Of a DNA stretch of 64,000 nt, positions 57,533-64,000 are shown piece after piece. This DNA is from an uncultured Gammaproteobacteria bacterium (GTDB lineage Bacteria; Patescibacteriota; Patescibacteriia; Magasanikbacterales; UBA922), in contig CAZFTR010000001.1 in NCBI GenBank assembly GCA_964522405.1, positions 116,686 to 180,685 of the forward strand, in the 5' to 3' direction. The notes below the pieces were generated by a model, which saw nothing but the letters and a program-made list of their open reading frames with translations, did no database searches and was not told the DNA's origin. A program made the position numbers and the translations under genes. Position 1 is the stretch's first letter; each line of letters opens with the position of its first letter.

Positions 57533-59023
57533 TTATTTCTTGTTAGGCAATACAGATTTGAGCCAGCGAGTTAGAGCTTTCTTTTCTTCTTGTTTGAGCT
57601 CTGTACGAATATGGTATCTGGCTGTGTGAGTTTTTACAAAGTTTAACCAATCTTGGCTTGGACCTTTTCTATTCTTGTCAGTATTTATATCCACCACATC
57701 TCCGTTTTTGAGTTCTGTATTTAGTGGTACCATTTTATCATTTACTATGGCGCCGGTGCATTTGTTGCCAATTTCTGTATGTATATGATAGGCAAAATCA
57801 ATTGGTGAAGCTCCTTCAGGTAGATCTATAACATCGCCTTTTGGAGTAAATACAAATATTCTGGTTTGGAGGAAATCAACTTTCATTTCTTCTAAATCTG
57901 AAAGTCTGTTTAAAATATCTTTTTGAATTTCAGCTAGCTCTTGTGCCCATTTTACTTCGCGTTTTGGTAAGCGAGAACCATGTTCATCATAATGCCAGTG
58001 TGCTGCAACACCGTACTCAGCTTCTTCATGCATCTCTACAGTTCTAATTTGAAATTCGATAATTTCCCCATCTTCTCCAAAAATAGTGGTATGTAGAGAT
58101 TGATAGCCATTTGGTTTTGGTTGAGAAATATAATCTTTGATTCGTCCTTTTACCGGTTTCCAGATATTGTGAAGTATTCCAAGTGTGGCATAACAATCAG
58201 CAATAGAGCTTACAATAATTCGAATGGCTACCATGTCATAAATTTTAGCAAGTTGGTTATCTTTTCTCAGGAGTTTTTGATATAGACTATAAAGACGTTT
58301 ATTTCTGCCATAAATTGAAACCGGTTTTAGTTTTGATTTGGTTAATTCTTTTTTAGCTTTTTCAATTGTCTTTTTAAAATATTCTTCTTTTCCTTTTAGT
58401 TTGTCATCTCTGATTTTCTTCACTCGTCTAAATTCTTTGGGATAAACATATTGAAAAGAAAGATCTTCAAGTTCTCCTTTCATCTCGTCCATGCCAAGTC
58501 GGTTGGCAATCGGCGCGTAAATCTCCAGGCTTTCAAGGGCAATTCTATATCTTTTTTGAGGAGGTAGTGCTGAGAGTGTTCGTAGATTGTGAATTCTGTC
58601 AGCAAATTTAATAATCATTACCCGGACATCCTCTGCCATGGCTAAAAACATTTTTCGCAGATTTTCTATGTATCTTTCAACGCCACGATATTTCAGTTTT
58701 CCAAGTTTGGTAATTCCTTCCACCATTGAAGCAATTTCATTCCCAAAATTTTTCTCTAGTTCTTCTAAAGTCACTTCTGTATCTTCTGGTACATCATGAA
58801 GAAGGGTGGCGCAGATAATCACAGGATCAATTTTTTGATTTGCCAGATAATGAGCAGCTTCCAGTGGATGAATTATATAGGGTTCGCCTGATTTTCTGGT
58901 TTGTCCTTTGTGTGCTTCTTTGGCAAAATCATAAGAAATGCGCACTAAGTCAGTATCAGCTTTGGGATGATATTTTTTGATTTTTTCTATAAGTCCGTCA
59001 ATTGTCAGTTTCTTTTTTGCCAT
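57533..59023 (-). CDS. RelA/SpoT family (p)ppGpp synthase/hydrolase (HD + synthetase + TGS, no ACT)
   Basis: RKSGEPYIIHP, LLHDVPEDT, KDYISQPKPNGYQSLHT, EFQIRT, FTPKGD..DFAY. Confidence 0.95.
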   Translation of the reverse strand: MAKKKLTIDGLIEKIKKYHPKADTDLVRISYDFAKEAHKGQTRKSGEPYIIHPLEAAHYLANQKIDPVIICATLLHDVPEDTEVTLEELEKNFGNEIASMVEGITKLGKLKYRGVERYIENLRKMFLAMAEDVRVMIIKFADRIHNLRTLSALPPQKRYRIALESLEIYAPIANRLGMDEMKGELEDLSFQYVYPKEFRRVKKIRDDKLKGKEEYFKKTIEKAKKELTKSKLKPVSIYGRNKRLYSLYQKLLRKDNQLAKIYDMVAIRIIVSSIADCYATLGILHNIWKPVKGRIKDYISQPKPNGYQSLHTTIFGEDGEIIEFQIRTVEMHEEAEYGVAAHWHYDEHGSRLPKREVKWAQELAEIQKDILNRLSDLEEMKVDFLQTRIFVFTPKGDVIDLPEGASPIDFAYHIHTEIGNKCTGAIVNDKMVPLNTELKNGDVVDINTDKNRKGPSQDWLNFVKTHTARYHIRTELKQEEKKALTRWLKSVLPNKK

Positions 59024-59088
59024 ATCTTTTTAGGGTAACATGTTTTTTTATACTTGACAAATGAGCTTTCTTATGCTACTATAGGGTC

Positions 59089-59155
59089 GGTGATATAAAG
59101 GCAGGACCTATATGTCCTGAGATAACCTCAGCCAACTTGGCTGGGGTTTTCTTAT
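59089..59155 (+). ncRNA. Putative small RNA A
   Basis: TTGACA-N17-TACTAT promoter (59054-59082); CAGGAC/GUCCUG hairpin; terminator AACCUCAGCCA/UGGCUGGGGUU plus U-tract. Confidence 0.5.
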
Positions 59156-59237
59156 TTTATGCTAAAATTAGCATTTTTTTAGTTTTTTGAAGTAGATATC
59201 AAATAGACAAAAGAAATTTCTATGTTATAATGCCTGC

Positions 59238-59326
59238 GTGGCGGGTGAGGGGCCTTTGTATCACCTTAGGCATTGAGGTTACCCTCCTTGCCACATAAAA
59301 AAACCCAATTTTGTTGGGTTTTTTAT
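59238..59326 (+). ncRNA. Putative small RNA B
   Basis: TAGACA-N16-TATAAT with TG extension (59204-59231); stem GUGGCGGG..GAGGG / CCCUC.CUUGCCAC; ends at the terminator shared with topA. Confidence 0.5.
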
Positions 59327-61624
59327 TTATTTGGGATCTTCTTCTTTTTCTGTCTTTTTTGTAAATTTTCTCCGTCCTTTTGGTTTGGCATCTTTGAGTA
59401 TCTCTTCACATTCTTCCAGGGTTAGTTTTTTGGGATTTGCCTCTTTGGGGATTTTTCCATTTTTTTCACCATCTGTCACATATGGTCCATATCTTCCATT
59501 GAGAACTTGAATTCCTTTTTCCGGGAAATCTTGAATGATTTTTTCTGCTTCTGCTTTTTTCTTAGCTGTTATTACTTCCAGAGCTCTTTCAAGTGTAATT
59601 GTGTAGGGATCATCATCTTTTGTGGAATAAAATTTTGATTTTACTTTGACATAAGGACCAAAACGACCAATATTGGCAATTATATCTTCTCCTTCTTGAT
59701 CTTGTCCAAGTGTCCTTGGTAAGGAAAGGAGATGAAGTGCATCTTCAAGAGTTAAGCTGTCAATTGTTTGTCCTTTTTGTAATGATGCAAATCTGGGTTT
59801 TTCTTCGTCGTCTTTGGTTCCCAACTGAACAAATGGACCGTATCTTCCAATACGTGCTGAAATAGGTTTTTTTGTTTTCGGGTCAATTCCAATTTCTCTG
59901 CTATGAAGTACATCTTCTTTTTTTATATTTTCTTCTGCTTTTTCAATTGTGCTGTGAAATGGCTTGTAGAATTCTGAAATAATCGGTTGCCATTCTTTTT
60001 CACCTTCAGCAATATGGTCTAGATCCTGTTCCATCTTTGCTGTGAATTCATAATTAAGAATGTCTCCAAAATGTTTAACCAGAAGATCGTTTACCACCAT
60101 AGCTATATCTAATGGCTTTAAGCGTTTATTGTCATCACGTTCTACATATTTTCTAGCTTCTATGGTTGCTATTGTCGGTGCATAAGTAGAAGGTCTACCA
60201 ATTCCATGCTCTTCCAAAACTTTTACTAGGGTAGCGTCAGAATAGCGGGCAGGGGGTTGGGTAAAATGTTGTTCCGGTTTTAGTTCAGTACAATCCAGCT
60301 GATCTTCTTTTTTTATTTCCGGCAACATTTCTTCTTTTACTGACTCAGGATAAAGTTTTAACCAACCATCAAAAAGCATAGATTGTCCATTTGCGCGGAA
60401 CATATACTTTTTTGATTTGATATCTATATTGGTTTTGTTAAGTCTTGCTTCTGCCATTTGAGTAGCCATGGCTCGTTTCCAAATTAGACTGTATAGTTTG
60501 AATTGATAAGGGTCAAGAAAAGCTTCAATTGATTCAGGTGTTAGATCTGCATGAGTTGGACGGATAGCTTCGTGAGCTTCTTGTGCTCCTTTAGATTTTG
60601 ATTTGTAAACCCTTGGCTTTGTAAGTGTATATTTATCTCCATATTCAGATTTTACAAATTGATTACTTTCCTTTAGAAACTTATCTGAGAGATTTGTAGA
60701 GTCAGTTCTCATATAAGTTATAAGACCAACTTGTCCGCGGGTGCCAAGTTTTATTCCTTCATAGAGTTGTTGGGCAACTCGCATGGTCTGTTTGGAGGAA
60801 TAACCAAATTTTTGATTGGATTGCTGCTGCAGTGTGGAAGTTCGGTAAGGTGGGGGAGGAGTACGTTTGGTTTCTTTTTGTTCGATACTGTCTACTGTAT
60901 ATTTTGCTCCATCAAGATCTTTTAAAATTTGATCAACTTGTTCTTTGTTTTCCAGATCAAGTTTTTTTAGTTTTTTGTCATCAATACTGTGCAGCTTGGC
61001 AGGAAAAATATGATCTATATTTTTTTCTTTGAACATGCCCTCTAGGCTCCAGTATTCGTCTGAAACAAATGCTTCGATTTCTCTTTCTCGTTCTACGATG
61101 AGTCTAACTGCTACTGATTGGACTCGGCCGGCAGAAAGACCTCTGGCAACTTTTTTCCAAAGAAGAGGAGAAAGCTCGTATCCAACCAATCTATCAAGTA
61201 TTCGTCTGGCTTGCTGTGCATCTACAAGTTTCTGATCAATATGTCTCGGTTCTTGAAGAGCTTGCTCAATTGCATGTTTGGTAATTTCATGAAAAACTAT
61301 ACGTTTGCTTGATTTTGGTTTAACTCCTAGAATTTCAGCAAGATGCCAACTAATGGCTTCTCCTTCTCGGTCTTCATCTGTGGCAAATATAATTTTGTCA
61401 CATTTTTTGGCTACTTCTTTTAGTGTTTTAACTTGTTTTGATTTATCTTTTGGAACTCTATAAGTTGGTTCAAAAGTCCCACCTTCTATATCTATGCCCA
61501 TTTTACTTTTGGGAAGGTCTCGAAGATGACCAAAAGAGGACTCTACTTTGTAGTCCTTGCCAAGAAATTTACTAATTGTTTTTGCTTTTGTTGGTGACTC
61601 AACAATTACAAGAGTTTTACTCAT
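59327..61624 (-). CDS. topA: DNA topoisomerase I with C-terminal repeats
   Basis: LVIVESPTKAKTI, ATDEDREGE, SAGRVQS, ITYMRTDS, GIGRPSTY, three GRYGPY-type C-terminal repeats. Confidence 0.97.
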   Translation of the reverse strand: MSKTLVIVESPTKAKTISKFLGKDYKVESSFGHLRDLPKSKMGIDIEGGTFEPTYRVPKDKSKQVKTLKEVAKKCDKIIFATDEDREGEAISWHLAEILGVKPKSSKRIVFHEITKHAIEQALQEPRHIDQKLVDAQQARRILDRLVGYELSPLLWKKVARGLSAGRVQSVAVRLIVEREREIEAFVSDEYWSLEGMFKEKNIDHIFPAKLHSIDDKKLKKLDLENKEQVDQILKDLDGAKYTVDSIEQKETKRTPPPPYRTSTLQQQSNQKFGYSSKQTMRVAQQLYEGIKLGTRGQVGLITYMRTDSTNLSDKFLKESNQFVKSEYGDKYTLTKPRVYKSKSKGAQEAHEAIRPTHADLTPESIEAFLDPYQFKLYSLIWKRAMATQMAEARLNKTNIDIKSKKYMFRANGQSMLFDGWLKLYPESVKEEMLPEIKKEDQLDCTELKPEQHFTQPPARYSDATLVKVLEEHGIGRPSTYAPTIATIEARKYVERDDNKRLKPLDIAMVVNDLLVKHFGDILNYEFTAKMEQDLDHIAEGEKEWQPIISEFYKPFHSTIEKAEENIKKEDVLHSREIGIDPKTKKPISARIGRYGPFVQLGTKDDEEKPRFASLQKGQTIDSLTLEDALHLLSLPRTLGQDQEGEDIIANIGRFGPYVKVKSKFYSTKDDDPYTITLERALEVITAKKKAEAEKIIQDFPEKGIQVLNGRYGPYVTDGEKNGKIPKEANPKKLTLEECEEILKDAKPKGRRKFTKKTEKEEDPK

Positions 61625-61745
61625 ATGGCGCACAGCATAATTGAAATTGAGAAAATTGTCAAATATCAGGCGAAAAATTTTATTTCTTATTCAATATTTT
61701 CAATACATTATTCTTTCATTTTATCGGCTGCTCCAACACCAAATC

Positions 61746-62051
61746 CTACTTCAATTCCTGTTTTTTGTCTCTGGCAGTTCCGCTTATTTGTCTTTTGTAT
61801 AAGCCTGTACCATGATCTGCGATTGTGTATACATTCTCTGAATATAGGCTTGTTTCAAGATCATGCTCAGAAAATGCCTGTGTTAGTGCTTCTACAAAAG
61901 CTCTATTGCCAGGTAGAAAATTACCTGCTGCGTCATCTTCGGCATAGTCATCTCCCAGTGTTTGAGATGCTTCTAAAAAAGCTGTTTGTACTCTGTCATG
62001 AACTTCAGCCTCTACTTTATTTATTTCTGCTGCGTGATGTTTGAATGTCAT
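61746..62051 (-). CDS. Hypothetical protein
   Basis: 101-aa ORF, co-oriented with neighbours, AT-rich leader; no motif recognised. Confidence 0.6.
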   Translation of the reverse strand: MTFKHHAAEINKVEAEVHDRVQTAFLEASQTLGDDYAEDDAAGNFLPGNRAFVEALTQAFSEHDLETSLYSENVYTIADHGTGLYKRQISGTARDKKQELK

Positions 62052-62081
62052 ATTTTTAATTTAATTATAATAAATATTGAT

Positions 62082-63368
62082 TTAAATTTTTCTTAATTCT
62101 CCACTAAGAAAAATTGAGCCTGTGGTTAGTACTGTACTTTTGATTTGTGCTTGAGATCTGCTCCAAATCAATGCGTCTTTTGGGTCTGAAAAAACTCTGG
62201 TTTTGATTTTGGGAAGTTGTTTTTTGAATAGTTTTGCGATTTCATATGGATGGGCAACTTTTCGAAATTGATTTACTGTGTTTCGAGTACAAGCAATAGA
62301 TTTTAGATCTAATCTGGAGAGTAATTTAATCATCTGAGAAATATCTTTGTTTTGGCAAAATCCTATAATCAGATGTATATTTTTTACGCCATCCATTGCT
62401 TCAACTGTTGTTTTCATTTTATCAAAATTATGTGCACTGTCTAGAATGATATCTGGTTTCTTGGATACAAGTTCCATGCTCGCCACTTGTTTTGCAGTTC
62501 TAAGTCCTGAAAGTAGGGAAGCTTCGTTGATTTTCAGATGTTTAGCAATGTCTATGGCTAAGATGGCGTTTGCTATTTGGTGTTGTCCAATACTTGAGAT
62601 TTTGCAATATAGGCTTTGGTAAATAAATTCTGATCCATTTTTGTCATAATTTATCAATTCAAATTTTGGTTTGGATATAAACAGTGAGTTGGGTTTGCTG
62701 GCTTTTTTGATTACTTCCAAAATTTTCTTATCCTTTTCTTGGGTAAAAACAGCACATCCTTTTTTGATTATTCCGGATTTTTTGTCTGCTATTTCTGCTT
62801 TTGTGTTTCCCAGTATGTGGGTGTGATCAAGTCCTACATTGGTGATGACTGCGATGTCTTTTTGGGGAATTATATTTGTTGAGTCGTAGCGCCCACCGCA
62901 GCCGGCTTCTAGAATTACCCATTTTACTTTTTGTTTGGCAAACCAATAGAGCGCTATTGCAGTGGTCATATCAAAAAAAGATGGTGGGCCATATGGTGAA
63001 GTTTCCAGATATTTATCCAATGCTTTTTTGAAAGTAGAAATAATTTCAGAGAATTCTTTTTTGGTCATTTGCTTCTTGCCAATCTTCCAGCGTTCTGTAA
63101 TTTCTGTAGGATGTGGTGAAATATATGACCCTGTCTTCAGTCCACTTGAGTCCAGAATAGAATGAAGAAAATTTGCCAATGATCCTTTTCCGCTAGTTCC
63201 TGCTATATGAATATAATGTGGAATTTTCTTTTCCGGATTTCCAATTAAATCTAAAAAAAACTGCATCCTCTTCAGATAATTCTTACAATCTCTTGGGTCT
63301 TTCATGTATTCTTTACGTGGTAGATTGGAGAGAGAATACAAAAATTGTTCAGCTTCTTGAAAATTCAT
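62082..63368 (-). CDS. folC: Folylpolyglutamate synthase/dihydrofolate synthase
   Basis: IHIAGTSGKGS, SPH, EAGCGGRYDSTN, GLDHTHILG, LDSAHN, TGSIFL. Confidence 0.92.
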   Translation of the reverse strand: MNFQEAEQFLYSLSNLPRKEYMKDPRDCKNYLKRMQFFLDLIGNPEKKIPHYIHIAGTSGKGSLANFLHSILDSSGLKTGSYISPHPTEITERWKIGKKQMTKKEFSEIISTFKKALDKYLETSPYGPPSFFDMTTAIALYWFAKQKVKWVILEAGCGGRYDSTNIIPQKDIAVITNVGLDHTHILGNTKAEIADKKSGIIKKGCAVFTQEKDKKILEVIKKASKPNSLFISKPKFELINYDKNGSEFIYQSLYCKISSIGQHQIANAILAIDIAKHLKINEASLLSGLRTAKQVASMELVSKKPDIILDSAHNFDKMKTTVEAMDGVKNIHLIIGFCQNKDISQMIKLLSRLDLKSIACTRNTVNQFRKVAHPYEIAKLFKKQLPKIKTRVFSDPKDALIWSRSQAQIKSTVLTTGSIFLSGELRKI

Positions 63369-63379
63369 AATTCAAAATC

Positions 63380-63410
63380 TCCCCGGCTTGTTTTATGTAA
63401 GCCGGGGAAT
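63380..63410. terminator. Stem-loop between the transporter gene and folC
   Basis: TCCCCGGCTTG-ttttatg-TAAGCCGGGGA. Confidence 0.55.
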
Positions 63411-63418
63411 TAAATAAT

Positions 63419-64000
63419 TTAGTTTAATTGTGGAATTGGATCTCCATCCTCATCTTTGCCGGGTTTTTTCAACCATTTAACTAGAGCATAGACAAATGGC
63501 GTATCAATTACTGCAAAAGTTATCTTGAATAACCAGTAGCTCAGACATAGCTGAAGTATAAACGCAACTGTGAATTTGGGACTGACTCCATAAAAAGCAA
63601 TAAACATAAAGAGAAGTGTATCTATGGCCTGACTCCCAAAAGTTGATAGGTTGTTTCTAAGCCAGAGGTATCTTCCTTTGGTTTTTCTTTTCCAGAATTC
63701 GAATGCCCAAATATCATGTAGCTGACTGATAATAAAGGCAATCAAACTGGCGATAATCATGCGCAGACTTCCGCTAAATACTTTTACATATTCTTCGTTC
63801 AGGTGATATCGATCAGCTGCCGGAAGTTTGATTGAAATGTAAACTAGAAATAAAACCAGAACTTGAGCAATCAGTGCTGAGTATACGACTTGTTTGGTTT
63901 TTTTCTTACCATAGACTTCTGAAATGGCATCTGTAATCAGAAAGGTGAGGGGATAGGCAAATATTCCAACTGAAACTGCAATTCCGAATAGTACTGTAAT
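63419..64000 (-). CDS. Queuosine precursor transporter (YhhQ/DUF165), 5' end outside the window
   Basis: Open frame to the window edge: YPLTFLITDAISEVYG, ASLIAFIISQLHD, WLRNNLST..SQAIDT, DTPFVY. Confidence 0.9.
   Translation of the reverse strand: MTVLFGIAVSVGIFAYPLTFLITDAISEVYGKKKTKQVVYSALIAQVLVLFLVYISIKLPAADRYHLNEEYVKVFSGSLRMIIASLIAFIISQLHDIWAFEFWKRKTKGRYLWLRNNLSTFGSQAIDTLLFMFIAFYGVSPKFTVAFILQLCLSYWLFKITFAVIDTPFVYALVKWLKKPGKDEDGDPIPQLN

Overview
AT-rich bacterial chromosome segment whose gene content and mostly Shine-Dalgarno-less starts look like a Patescibacteria/CPR genome (Magasanikbacteria-like; this is inference). Housekeeping genes: tyrS, argS, aspS, rnc, nusB, rpmF, tsaC, rsmA, scpA/scpB, parA/parB, a RelA/SpoT homolog, topA, folC, RNase P RNA and four tRNAs. 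It also holds two glycosylation loci, a six-gene nitroreductase/amino-acid dehydrogenase/CoA-ligase/ThiF/hydrolase/sensor-kinase operon, and a 3,130-aa Cys-rich surface protein. The most striking signal is five sharply bounded GC-rich, highly structured transcription units (1-305, 12090-13345, 42698-43484, 43657-44450, 55356-55605). Each sits between an AT-rich sigma70 promoter and an AT-rich intrinsic terminator. Three carry secreted or lipoprotein ORFs with high GC3 and strong SD sequences, and their 5' and 3' UTRs are complementary so that the ORF is looped out. Two small promoter-driven RNAs with 14-nt mutual complementarity lie between rel and topA. All RNA pairings were found by eye, not computed.
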